DNA from: an uncultured Planctomycetaceae bacterium
GTDB taxonomy: Bacteria; Planctomycetota; Planctomycetia; Isosphaerales; Isosphaeraceae
Direction of reading: 5' to 3'
NCBI GenBank assembly: GCA_963833985.1
Contig: CAWIAD010000001.1
Span: 2,208,001-2,272,000 of the forward strand
DNA: 64,000 bases
The position numbers were made by a program, and so were the translations under genes. Numbering within the stretch: the stretch's first letter is position 1; the number at the start of each line of letters is the position of its first letter. This document shows, piece by piece, positions 1-9,366 of this stretch. The notes beneath the pieces are model-generated. The model had not been told where the DNA came from, did no database searches, and saw only the letters and a list, made by a program, of their open reading frames with translations.

Positions 1-618
1 CTGCGAGGTGGTCGACCAGACCTCGTAGGAGAAGCCCTTCGGTTCTATCGCCCTGCGGCTCCAGAGCGTCTTCCCGTTGTAGCCGTACGTCACGTCCTGG
101 TCGCTCCGCGGGCGCACGGACGGGTCACGCCTGCGCATGATCTTGGCCCCCCGAGCCTCGTTGGCCTTCATGCTGGCGATGGCCCGGTCGTATTGCTCCT
201 TGAGCTTCTTCTGGTTCTCCTTGATGAGCGGGGGCGCGTCGGCCGCGGGCTCGGTCGGGACGAACAGGCCGTTCTCGTCGACGGAAGACAGGTAGGTGAC
301 GTGCTCAGGCTGGATCTGCCGCCGGTACCGCATCGGACCCTTGAACGCCTCGTCCCACTCGTCGCTGGGCAGGAACATCTGGTTCATGTACTCCGGGAGA
401 GCGCGCAGCTTGTCGGGACTGAGGTTGCTGGTGGTCTCCAGCTTGTAGTGAACCTCAAGGCTCTTGATCCGCTCGACCTGGTGCGCGAGCTGCGCCTTGA
501 TGGCGCGGGTCTCCGCTGATTCCGGAGCCTGCTCGCGGGCGGCGAAGGCCAGCCCGGCCGCAAGCGCCGAGGCCCCCAGAAAGAGGGTGCTGATCTGTTT
601 CACCTGGATTCGGTTCAT
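1..618 (-). CDS. Secreted hypothetical protein, possibly LolA-like fold; runs off the window edge
   Basis: ATG at 618 with GGGAG RBS; frame open to position 1; signal-like N-terminus MNRIQVKQISTLFLGASALAAGLAFAA; third gene of the ECF operon; not in the supplied ORF track. Confidence 0.75.
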   Translation of the reverse strand, partial: MNRIQVKQISTLFLGASALAAGLAFAAREQAPESAETRAIKAQLAHQVERIKSLEVHYKLETTSNLSPDKLRALPEYMNQMFLPSDEWDEAFKGPMRYRRQIQPEHVTYLSSVDENGLFVPTEPAADAPPLIKENQKKLKEQYDRAIASMKANEARGAKIMRRRDPSVRPRSDQDVTYGYNGKTLWSRRAIEPKGFSYEVWSTTSQ

Positions 619-636
619 CGGTGGTCTCCCGGTCGT

Positions 637-1553
637 TCAGGGTCGGTCGGATGGTCTGGGCGTGCTGTCTCGGGGTTCGGAATAGACCTGGCGTCCCAGG
701 TCGGGATCATTGATCTCGAGCGTCACGTCGGGGGGCGTGTGGAACTCGAGCAGGTCGGCCGGTACATTCCCCGCGCCGGGTAGTCGTAGACGGCCTCGCT
801 GATCATCCCGTCCCATTGCTCGGAGCGTTGCCGCAGGGGCAGGAGCGAATCGGGATCGAACCAGATGGTATCGACCTGAGGCCTGGAATTCGCGTCGCCT
901 GCACCGGGCCAGCGCAGCGTGACCTTGCGCACGGCACGTCCCTGATAGGTGTCTTGCTCGATGCGGATATCCGCCTTGTGCGTCTCGGCCCAGTGCACCA
1001 GTGCCTCGTTGTTCTGTATCAGGCCGGCGTGCTCGAATTCGCTTTGCCGGCCCAGGAGCCGGGTCGACCAGGCCGCGACGAGTCGACCGGGCACGTCCCA
1101 GCGGAATTCCCAGCGGCCGTTGTTGACCACCACGCCCTTGACCGTTCCGCCCGAGCGTGTCTCGCTGCGCCCGCCCTTGCCGCGGGCATACCACGTCTCC
1201 TCGGTGCGATCGATCGCCGGCCCCTTCAAGATCACCACGCGATGGCACGCGGGCACCTCGGTCCAGGTGGATCGCACCGACTGGAGGAAGCCGGCCGCAG
1301 TCGCGTTGCGCGGCCGGGCCAGGAAGCCGACCAGGCCAAGAAAGAGGACCGCGGCCGCCACGGCAGCGAACCGCCTCCAGGACCAGAGGGCGACCGCTAT
1401 CGGGCGAATTGACGTCTCCTCGGCATGGTCAATGGTCGCCAGGCAGCGGTCGAGCAGGTTGCCAGGAACGGGCGGAGCGGCGAGCGATTGCAATCGGGCT
1501 TCAAGTCCGCCAGGCGGGGGCTTTGGTTCCTCGCAATCATGATCATGAAGCAT
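637..1553 (-). CDS. Putative anti-sigma factor with one TM helix and a LolA/RseB-like extracytoplasmic domain; apparent frameshift near 775
   Basis: MLHDHDCEEP start overlaps the sigma factor end; TM segment FAAVAAAVLFLGLVGFL; DTIWFDPDSLLPLR motif; natural C-terminus (VPADLLEFHTPPDV) lies in the frame ending at 637. Confidence 0.7.
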
Positions 1554-2100
1554 GTTGATCCTCCCTTGTGGGCCGCAGAGACGGGTCCCAGGACGCGAGC
1601 TTGGAGGTGAGCCGGCGCTTCGCGGCGAAGTAGCGCCAGCGCGCGAGCCCCGCTGAGACCCCCTGGATGATTCCAATTTCCTCGTAATCCGCGTTCTGCC
1701 AGAAACGGAGCGTGAACGCCTCTCGGAGGTCTCCGGGCAGCTCGCGCACGGCCAGCTCGGCGGCCGCCTGGAACTCGCGATCCATTGCCGCTTGCTCTGC
1801 CGTACGCTCGGGGCCAGGGATCTCGGAAAGCACTGCGGGCCTGTACTCCCGGCGGTCACGCGCCTGCTTCCGCCAGAGGTTCCGGCCGATGGAATACAGC
1901 CAGGCCTTCGGGCTGACCTGCGGGGGAGACCGGTCAAGTCCACCCCAGAAGCCGACGAATGTCTCCTGGGTCAGGTCGGCGGACCGATCCGGAGAGCCGG
2001 TGAGCCGGCAAAACCAGCGATAGAGTGCGGCGTAGTGGGCCCGGACGAACGCCTCGCGTGAGGCCCGGTCAACGAGACGCGGCTCCGTTTCGTGCTCCAA
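1543..2100 (-). CDS. ECF-type RNA polymerase sigma-70 factor
   Basis: Region 2 ADLTQETF...AWLYSIGRNLW; region 4 LPGDLREAFTLRFWQNADYEEIG. Confidence 0.92.
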   Translation of the reverse strand: MEHETEPRLVDRASREAFVRAHYAALYRWFCRLTGSPDRSADLTQETFVGFWGGLDRSPPQVSPKAWLYSIGRNLWRKQARDRREYRPAVLSEIPGPERTAEQAAMDREFQAAAELAVRELPGDLREAFTLRFWQNADYEEIGIIQGVSAGLARWRYFAAKRRLTSKLASWDPSLRPTREDQHAS

Positions 2101-2315
2101 CGGCTCGCTCCTCGCAGTGAGGCGGCTCGGTCTTTCGCCACACTGAAGACATACCCCAGATGAGGTTTTCGTTAGAGTGAATCCGCCTCGGCTCTGAAAA
2201 ACACCTGGCGAACCCGGGATGAGCAGGCAAAAAAGTGGTAGTGTGGCACCGAGGAACGCAGGGGCTCTGGACGTGGCATGAACGAGCCGGGACCGCTCAA
2301 CCCGGGGAGACTCTC

Positions 2316-3125
2316 ATGGGTTCGCCGTTTCCAGGGATGGATCCCTATATCGAAGGTTGCGGACTGTGGGGTGACTTTCACAATGAGCTCATCCTGGAGA
2401 TCAAGCACGCGCTGGCACGGGTGGCACCTGAGCGCTATCTTGTGCGTGCCGGAGAAAGATCGTACGTGATCTTGTTCGAGCAGGGGGCCAGGAAGAGCCG
2501 CCCGTTTGTTCCCGATGTCAGTGTCACGACAAAGGGGCGCAAGAAGAGCGCAGGGCGGAACGGCGGAGCCGCCGTGGCCGAGGCAACGCGGAATGGCGAA
2601 CCCGTTCTCATGCGTGCCTTCGTTGAAGAGGAACATCGCGAGGCCTTCGTCGAGATTTACGAGGCGACGCCCGAGCAACGCCTCGTGACGTGCATCGAGG
2701 TCCTCTCGCCGTCGAACAAGCGCCCCAACTCGGCCGGCTGGGATCTTTATGTCCGCAAGCGGCAGAACCTGTTCCTGGGGGACACGAACCTGGTCGAGAT
2801 CGATCTGCTGCGTGCTGGCCAACGCATGCCGATGCTCGACGCATGGCCGGAGAGTCCCTACACGTTCCTGGTCGCTCATGCCAGAAAACATGGTTCCTGC
2901 CGGGTCTGGCCGGTCCACTTTCAAACGCGGGTGCCCTCGCTACCCGTGCCGCTGGCCAAGCGCGATCCCGACATTACCCTGGACCTTCAGCCGATGATCG
3001 AATCGATCTACGAGGGATCTCGATACGACCGCAGCATCGACTATCGCAAGCCGCTTGACCCACCTCTGAACGACGAGGAAATCGCCTGGCTCAAGAAGCA
3101 GCTCAGGAGCAAGACGAGCACCTGA
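2316..3125 (+). CDS. DUF4058 family protein (PD-(D/E)XK-like fold)
   Basis: MGSPFPGMDPYIE start; IEVLSPSNK and LVEIDLLRAG motifs; GGGGAG RBS. Confidence 0.88.
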   Translation: MGSPFPGMDPYIEGCGLWGDFHNELILEIKHALARVAPERYLVRAGERSYVILFEQGARKSRPFVPDVSVTTKGRKKSAGRNGGAAVAEATRNGEPVLMRAFVEEEHREAFVEIYEATPEQRLVTCIEVLSPSNKRPNSAGWDLYVRKRQNLFLGDTNLVEIDLLRAGQRMPMLDAWPESPYTFLVAHARKHGSCRVWPVHFQTRVPSLPVPLAKRDPDITLDLQPMIESIYEGSRYDRSIDYRKPLDPPLNDEEIAWLKKQLRSKTST

Positions 3126-3128
3126 TTC

Positions 3129-4295
3129 TCACATCATCGACCGGAACTCATCGAAGAGGTACTGGCTGTCGTGCGGGCCGGCCGAGGCTTCCGGGTGATA
3201 CTGCACGCTGAAGATGGGGAGCCGCCGGTGCCGCATCCCCTCGAGCGTCTGATCATTCAGGTTCACGTGGCTGAGCTCGACGTCGGCCGGCAGCGTGGCG
3301 GGGTCGACCGCGAATCCGTGGTTCTGCGTGGTGATCTCGATCTTGCCGGTGAGCTCGTTGCGCACGGGGTGGTTGGCGCCTCGGTGCCCGAACTTGAGCT
3401 TGAAGGTCTTGCCGCCGAAGGCCTGGCCAAGGATCTGGTGTCCCAGGCAGATCCCGAAGATCGGGATCCCCCGCGATTCCGCGGCCGTGCGGATCAGGGT
3501 CCGGATGGTGGTGGTGGCTTCCGTCAGGGCACCGGGATCTCCCGGCCCGTTGGAAAGGAAGATGGCATCGGGCTGGTGATCAAGGATGCCCTGTGCGGGC
3601 GTCGAGCCGGGAACCGCGGTCACCCGGCAGCCGATGTCGACCAGGTGCCGCAGGATGTTCCACTTCATGCCAAAATCGAGGGCCACGACGTGCGGGCAGG
3701 CCGCGAGCGGCGAACCGGTCGTTGTGGCGCCCTTGCGCGGCCCCCTGGCCCCATGCGGATCGAAGAAGAACTGCCGGTCAAGGCCGGGCTCCCAGGTGAA
3801 CGATTCCCGCGGCATGACTTCGCGGGCCAGGTCGCGGCCGACCAGTCCCGGGCTTTTCCTTGCCTTGTCCACAAGACTGGCGTCGTCCGGGTCGGTCGTC
3901 GAGAGGATCCCTTTCATCGCGCCGCGGACGCGCGTCAGCCGCACCAGCGCGCGGGTGTCCACGGCCTCGATACCGACGATGCCGTGCCGATCGAGAAAGT
4001 CTTCGAGCGATTCTTGAGCGCGGAAGTTGCTCACCCGGCTGCTCAGCTCGCGGATCACGAACCCCCTGACCCAGGGACGACGGCTCTCCAGGTCTGCTTC
4101 ATTGATCCCGTAATTGCCAATCTCCGGGTAAGTCATGGTGACGATCTGGCCATGGTAGGAGGGGTCCGTGAGGATCTCCTGGTAGCCCGTCATGCTCGTG
4201 TTGAACACGACCTCGCCGTCCACCTCTCCGCGCGCGCCGAAGGCCCGGCCGGTGAAGACCGTCCCGTCCTCGACGGCCAGTTTCGCCATGTCCAT
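3129..4295 (-). CDS. carA: Carbamoyl-phosphate synthase small subunit
   Basis: GEVVFNTSMTGYQEILTDPSY, SNGPGDP, GICLGHQ, QYHPEASAGPHD. Confidence 0.97.
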   Translation of the reverse strand: MDMAKLAVEDGTVFTGRAFGARGEVDGEVVFNTSMTGYQEILTDPSYHGQIVTMTYPEIGNYGINEADLESRRPWVRGFVIRELSSRVSNFRAQESLEDFLDRHGIVGIEAVDTRALVRLTRVRGAMKGILSTTDPDDASLVDKARKSPGLVGRDLAREVMPRESFTWEPGLDRQFFFDPHGARGPRKGATTTGSPLAACPHVVALDFGMKWNILRHLVDIGCRVTAVPGSTPAQGILDHQPDAIFLSNGPGDPGALTEATTTIRTLIRTAAESRGIPIFGICLGHQILGQAFGGKTFKLKFGHRGANHPVRNELTGKIEITTQNHGFAVDPATLPADVELSHVNLNDQTLEGMRHRRLPIFSVQYHPEASAGPHDSQYLFDEFRSMM

Positions 4296-4409
4296 TGCAC
4301 CGATCGGGGCCGCTCGGCCTCCACTCCGCCTTGGATGTTGTTGATCTTCAGGTTTCAATCTTACACGGTCAGATGCTCATGCGTCGAGTGACCACCGGGG
4401 TCGTCGACC

Positions 4410-6182
4410 TCACAGCAGGTCGGTCGCCTCGAGACAGGTGCGCTCCTGCCGCCATGTCGCCCACCCAAGCACCAGCGCGTTGAGGGCCAGCGCTCCGAGG
4501 GCCAGCGCGGCTGCCTGGCGACGGGCATCGCCAGGCTGGTTGGCCAGCATCACGATGCCTGGCCCCAGGGGACTCTCCTGGAGCGACGGCACCAGCACCA
4601 TGGCCGGCGAGACAGCCGTTGCCGTCAGCACGCCCCAGAGCAGGATCAGGCGAGGCGAGATCCCGCGGGCACGGCTCCAGATCTGTCCTGCGGCGCGCGT
4701 GCGGACAGCCCCGCAGAGACGAAGCTGGTCGAGCTGGTGCGCAACGGCCTGTTCCCGCCCGGAGCCTGCCGGACGGCCAGCGATCCCACGCGGCAGGCAC
4801 GCCAGCATGACGCCGGCGTAGAGTGCCAGACCCGGGCACGCCACGGGGTCGAAGGCCACGGCAATCCCTTGCAGCCAGTATACGGCCCCGGGTGCGTACA
4901 GGGTCCCGGAACAGTATCGCGCACCCAGCAAGGCGGTTTGACCGAGAGCCAGGATCCCCACGCCCACCGCCAGCGGAGGCATGGCCACAAGCAGTGCCGC
5001 ATGGCGCCGCCGGCGCGCGCTGGGTCCGCAGCTTTCGCGACACGGACGCCATGCCAGCACCCAGGCGGCCACTCCCACCACCAGCCCCACCAGCGCGGAG
5101 CGTGCCAGCAAGGCGCCGGCGGGTTCCGCAGTCCAGCGCCGCAGCAGGGCGATGATGGACAGTCCATCGGCCGGAAGAGCGCCTTCCGTCGCAGCCACCG
5201 GCAACGAGCCCAGCCGCAGGAGCCCGAGCACAGGTGCCCATGCCAGCAGCGACCAGCCGCCAAGCATGAGCCATGACAGCAATACGCGCGGCCAGGCCGC
5301 ACGGGACCTGGGAACGTCGACCGGCCGGTACCCGGTTCGCTCGGCCATGCCCGGTGCGGCTCTTGAGCTACTGGCCCGCGCTGCCAGCAATCCGCAGGCC
5401 AGTCCAATCGCCGCGATCATCCAGGCCATCACAGTCGACCTGGGAAACGGGTCCGGGCCGAGCAAGGACGCGGTGATCTGGAAACCGAGAGTTCTGCGCA
5501 GGCCCAGGAGCAAAGGAGCGCCTGGGTCCGCCAGGTTGATCACGAAAACAAGGCAAGCCGTACGTGCCAGTGACGGACTCAGCACCGGCCAGGTCAGCGT
5601 CCACCAGGCCTTGAGCGGCCGCATGCCGCCGAGCCGCGCCGCGTCCGCGGCATGGCCCTGGGAATGTCGAAGCACGGACCGGGTGGTCCAGCCCACAACC
5701 GCGGCACCCTGGATGGTCGCGCCCCACACCCAGGCAACCCACCGCCACGTCGCCTGTGATTCGCTTTCTGGAATGCCGAGCGCTACCGCAATGGCCACGA
5801 GACGGCGTGCCGGCTCCGGGCCGCAGAGTGCCACCACCCCGAGCGCCAGGAAGGCAGGGGCAAAGACCGCAGGTGCGGACACAGCGGCCCAGAGGACCGG
5901 GCGGCCCCAGAACCCTGGCCCGTCGGCCAGTCGGCCAAGTGTCACGCCAATCACAAGCGCAGCAACCGTGATGACCAGGGCTGCCATCACGCTGTTCCAG
6001 AGACTGGTCCGGACCAGCGGATCGAGCGCCGTCAGTGCCGCAGGGAACAGCGAGAGCCTTACGCGCGAGTCAGGCGCCGGTCCGATGTCGCAGACGGTCG
6101 CGGGAACGAGTGCCAGCAGCGGAGCCAGTACCGCCAGGCAAAGCGCGAACTCGAACATCCGGGAAATCGCACGTCCCAGCAT
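4410..6182 (-). CDS. ABC transporter permease, Fe3+/thiamine (FbpB/ThiP)-like, divergent
   Basis: Many TM segments; EAA-like loop DAARLGGMRPLKAWWTLTWP; two-repeat architecture. Confidence 0.7.
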   Translation of the reverse strand: MLGRAISRMFEFALCLAVLAPLLALVPATVCDIGPAPDSRVRLSLFPAALTALDPLVRTSLWNSVMAALVITVAALVIGVTLGRLADGPGFWGRPVLWAAVSAPAVFAPAFLALGVVALCGPEPARRLVAIAVALGIPESESQATWRWVAWVWGATIQGAAVVGWTTRSVLRHSQGHAADAARLGGMRPLKAWWTLTWPVLSPSLARTACLVFVINLADPGAPLLLGLRRTLGFQITASLLGPDPFPRSTVMAWMIAAIGLACGLLAARASSSRAAPGMAERTGYRPVDVPRSRAAWPRVLLSWLMLGGWSLLAWAPVLGLLRLGSLPVAATEGALPADGLSIIALLRRWTAEPAGALLARSALVGLVVGVAAWVLAWRPCRESCGPSARRRRHAALLVAMPPLAVGVGILALGQTALLGARYCSGTLYAPGAVYWLQGIAVAFDPVACPGLALYAGVMLACLPRGIAGRPAGSGREQAVAHQLDQLRLCGAVRTRAAGQIWSRARGISPRLILLWGVLTATAVSPAMVLVPSLQESPLGPGIVMLANQPGDARRQAAALALGALALNALVLGWATWRQERTCLEATDLL

Positions 6183-6304
6183 CCCTTGACCTGTGAAAAA
6201 AGCTCTCGCGGAGGCATCATCGGCATGTCATCCTAGCAGTACCGCAGCCTCCTGGCCAGTTGCACGGTACCGGCCAGGGACGGCTCAGCCGCCAGGAGCA
6301 AGCC

Positions 6305-7312
6305 ATGAAAGCCTATCGCCTGCACGCTCTCACCGGTCCGGACTCGATCCGGCGCGAAGACCTGCCCTCGCCAGTGCCCGGACATGGGCAGGTGCTGGTG
6401 CGGATCCGGGCGGTGTCACTGAACTACCGCGACCTGATGATCGCCAGAGGCGAGTACAACCCCCGGCTGATGTTGCCGCGGATTCCCCTCTCGGACGGAT
6501 CCGGCGAGGTGGCCGGCACCGGAGCCGGGGTCACACGGGTGCAGCCCGGCGATCGCGTGATGTGCAGCTTCATGCCGGACTGGATCGGCGGCGGCCTTGA
6601 CGAAGCCAAGGCACACTCCGCGCTGGGCGGCAACGTCGACGGCGTGCTGGCCGAGGAGGTGGTGCTCCCGGCGGAGGCACTGGTCCGGATCCCGGAATAC
6701 CTGAGCTTCGAGGAGGCGGCCACGCTTCCCTGCGCGGCGGTGACGGCGTGGCACGCGCTGGTGGTCGGCGGCGCGGTCAAACCGGGCGATACCGTGCTCA
6801 CCCTGGGATCTGGCGGGGTCTCGATCTTCGCACTCCAGTTCGCCCGGCTCGCCGGAGCCAAAGTCATCGCGACCTCGAGCAGCGACCAGAAACTCGAGCG
6901 GCTCAAGGACATGGGCGCCGCGGTGTTGATCGACTACAAGACCGTCCCCGAGTGGCACAAGGTGGTGCGCGAGCAGACGGGCGGAGTGGGCGTGGACCAG
7001 GTTGTGGAGGTCGGCGGCGCGGGGACTCTGCCCAGATCTTTGCGTGCGGTCCGCATGGGAGGCTACATCGCGCTGATTGGCGTGCTCACCGGGGCCGGCG
7101 AGGTCGACCCGACCCCCATCCTCATGCGTAACATCCGCGTGCAGGGAATCTTCGTCGGCTCACGCTCCATGTTCGAGAGCATGACGCAGGCCATCGCGGC
7201 GAATCAGTTGCGCCCGGTCATCGACCGCGTCTTCGAGTTCGACGACGTCATCGCCGCGCTCAAGTACATGGAAAGCGGCAGTCATTTCGGCAAGGTCGTG
7301 ATTCGTATATGA
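6305..7312 (+). CDS. NAD(P)-dependent alcohol dehydrogenase / quinone oxidoreductase (MDR family)
   Basis: SLNYRD, PLSDGSGEV, EEAATLPCAAVTAW, GSGGVS, HFGKVVI; AGGAG RBS. Confidence 0.93.
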   Translation: MKAYRLHALTGPDSIRREDLPSPVPGHGQVLVRIRAVSLNYRDLMIARGEYNPRLMLPRIPLSDGSGEVAGTGAGVTRVQPGDRVMCSFMPDWIGGGLDEAKAHSALGGNVDGVLAEEVVLPAEALVRIPEYLSFEEAATLPCAAVTAWHALVVGGAVKPGDTVLTLGSGGVSIFALQFARLAGAKVIATSSSDQKLERLKDMGAAVLIDYKTVPEWHKVVREQTGGVGVDQVVEVGGAGTLPRSLRAVRMGGYIALIGVLTGAGEVDPTPILMRNIRVQGIFVGSRSMFESMTQAIAANQLRPVIDRVFEFDDVIAALKYMESGSHFGKVVIRI

Positions 7313-7335
7313 AAATGTAGAGCGATTTCGTCGCG

Positions 7336-8106
7336 TCATCGGGCAGGTTCGGTCATGAACGATCTGGCCCAGGCCGCGTCATCTTCACCCAGCCGCGGGT
7401 CGGGCTCGTGATCGTACAAGAAGTATCCATAGCCCGACTCGTCGTACACCCGGTCGAGGATCGCGCGCAGGTCGATCCTGGCATCGGAATCACCCGCCTT
7501 GAGGGGAACAGGAACCGTGGGCATGGGGTCACGGAGTCCAAAGGGCCAGAAACCGGCCCTGGGACGCGTTTCCACCCGGCTCACAAGAACAGAAAAAGGG
7601 CCGGCGGGCCGATCGATCGGAGGGAGCGGAGACCCGCCCCTCAATAGATCGATCTCGACGAGGTGTGCCGAGCTTTTCAAGATCTCTCCACGCTTCTTCA
7701 AACACTGTCCGCGGTGATCGCCTGCGCGTTTATTGGTCGGGCTGAGCAGCTCCACAACGGTGACGAGCTCGCGGCTCTGGCGGTCGCGAATCTGCAAGAA
7801 AGACTCGCCTTCGAAATCCAGTTCCGGCAAGACGACGTCGGCGGGCGCTTCAATGACCCAGGCGCCCGCTTCCGGAACCCCGAAGTTCCATCCGTGGGCA
7901 ACAGGCAGATCGGGACGACCCACACCACGGAGACTCTCACCAGGGAGATCGTGCAAGTACACATTCTCGTCAATCAGGACGATGTACCGGGGTAGAACCT
8001 GGGGTGTGAGATAGGCAGCCATGGCGGGAACAACCCGTTCGTGGAAGTCATGCCAGAGAACCTCTTGTTCCAGGTAGGGATCCATGCCGGGAAATGGAGA
8101 AGCCAT
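7336..8106 (-). CDS. DUF4058 family protein
   Basis: MASPFPGMDPYLE, VELLSPTNK, LVEIDLLRGG. Confidence 0.88.
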   Translation of the reverse strand: MASPFPGMDPYLEQEVLWHDFHERVVPAMAAYLTPQVLPRYIVLIDENVYLHDLPGESLRGVGRPDLPVAHGWNFGVPEAGAWVIEAPADVVLPELDFEGESFLQIRDRQSRELVTVVELLSPTNKRAGDHRGQCLKKRGEILKSSAHLVEIDLLRGGSPLPPIDRPAGPFSVLVSRVETRPRAGFWPFGLRDPMPTVPVPLKAGDSDARIDLRAILDRVYDESGYGYFLYDHEPDPRLGEDDAAWARSFMTEPAR

Positions 8107-8215
8107 AGATGCGCCTTATGTGATCGCTGGACGCAGAATCGCTCATCGCTCTGAATTCACTTGCAAGTCAGAAAACGAGGGTCTGGATGATGACGGCGCT
8201 TCGCCGGTTGACTGC

Positions 8216-9325
8216 TCACGCCCCGGTCCCCACCGCGAACTTCCCCGGCAACAGGGCGACGAATTCCGGAGCCACGGACAGGGTCAGGCTCTGGCCCTCA
8301 CGCAGGCCTGGCGACTGGTTCTGGAGCACCCGAGCGGTGATCGGCCAGTCGCCCGGGCCGCGCAGGTCCACCTGGCGCATGGCCCCCTGAAAGAGTATAC
8401 GCTCGATCGTCGCGGGAAAACGGTTCCATTCGGGTGGAATCGAAGGACCCAGCGACAGGGCCTCGGGGCGGATCGCGATGGTCACCGGCGTGCCCTGTGC
8501 CAGCACCGGCGTGCCCGCGGCCGCCCTGGCCACCAGTCTGCCCAGAGGCGTACGTACCACGACCTCGCGGCGCGATTCGCTGCCATTCCCATCAATCTGG
8601 CCCTGAAGGAGATTGGCGGGGCCAAGCAGGCGGGCCACGAAGACATCGTTCGGATGGTTGTACAGCTCTTCCGGGAGTCCAACTTGGAGGATCTTGCCCA
8701 GGTCCATGACGGCCAGGCGGTCGGCCTGCGCCAGCGCCTCAGGGACCGAGCGGGTGAGCAGCAAGGTGGTGAGACCGAGCTCGCCGCGGAGGCGGCGGAT
8801 CTCGTCCCAGGCTTCCTCGCGGCCGCGCGGCTCGATGCACTCCAGTGGCTCGTCCAGCACCAGCAATTCCGGCCCGGTGACTACTGCCCGCGCCAGCGCC
8901 ACCCGCAGCGATTGCGAGGCAGTGAGCTGCTCGGGGCGCTTCCCCGCCAGGCTGTCGATCCGCAGGAGATTGAGGAACTCGCTGGACCGCTGCACCCGCA
9001 AGGGACGCTTCATCCCCTGCGCCTTGAGCGGGTAAGCGACGTTCTCGGCCACGGTCATCCCCGGCCAGAGGGCCAGGTCCGGAAAGACCACGCCGACCTT
9101 GCGCTCGTGTGCCGGCATGGCGTGGACGATCCGGTCGCTCAGGTAGATCTCGCCGTCGTCGCGCGGTTCCAGCCCTGCGAGCACGCGGCCGAGTACGGTC
9201 TTGCCCGCCCCGGGCGGACCGAGCACCGCGCAGAGCTCCCCGGGTGCGATTTGCAGCGATGCGCCATCCACGGCGGCGACCTGCCCGTACCGCTTGACCA
9301 GCCCTTCGATGATGAGGCGCGTCAT
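8216..9325 (-). CDS. ABC transporter ATP-binding protein (PotA/FbpC-like, TOBE C-terminus) with degenerate motifs
   Basis: Walker A GPPGAGKT; Walker B LLVLDEP; signature reads LTASQ; H-loop reads LTRS. Confidence 0.85.
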   Translation of the reverse strand: MTRLIIEGLVKRYGQVAAVDGASLQIAPGELCAVLGPPGAGKTVLGRVLAGLEPRDDGEIYLSDRIVHAMPAHERKVGVVFPDLALWPGMTVAENVAYPLKAQGMKRPLRVQRSSEFLNLLRIDSLAGKRPEQLTASQSLRVALARAVVTGPELLVLDEPLECIEPRGREEAWDEIRRLRGELGLTTLLLTRSVPEALAQADRLAVMDLGKILQVGLPEELYNHPNDVFVARLLGPANLLQGQIDGNGSESRREVVVRTPLGRLVARAAAGTPVLAQGTPVTIAIRPEALSLGPSIPPEWNRFPATIERILFQGAMRQVDLRGPGDWPITARVLQNQSPGLREGQSLTLSVAPEFVALLPGKFAVGTGA

Positions 9326-9366
9326 GAACCAGAGCTTTCCTGGAGGATCGAGCAACGATCGGGAGG

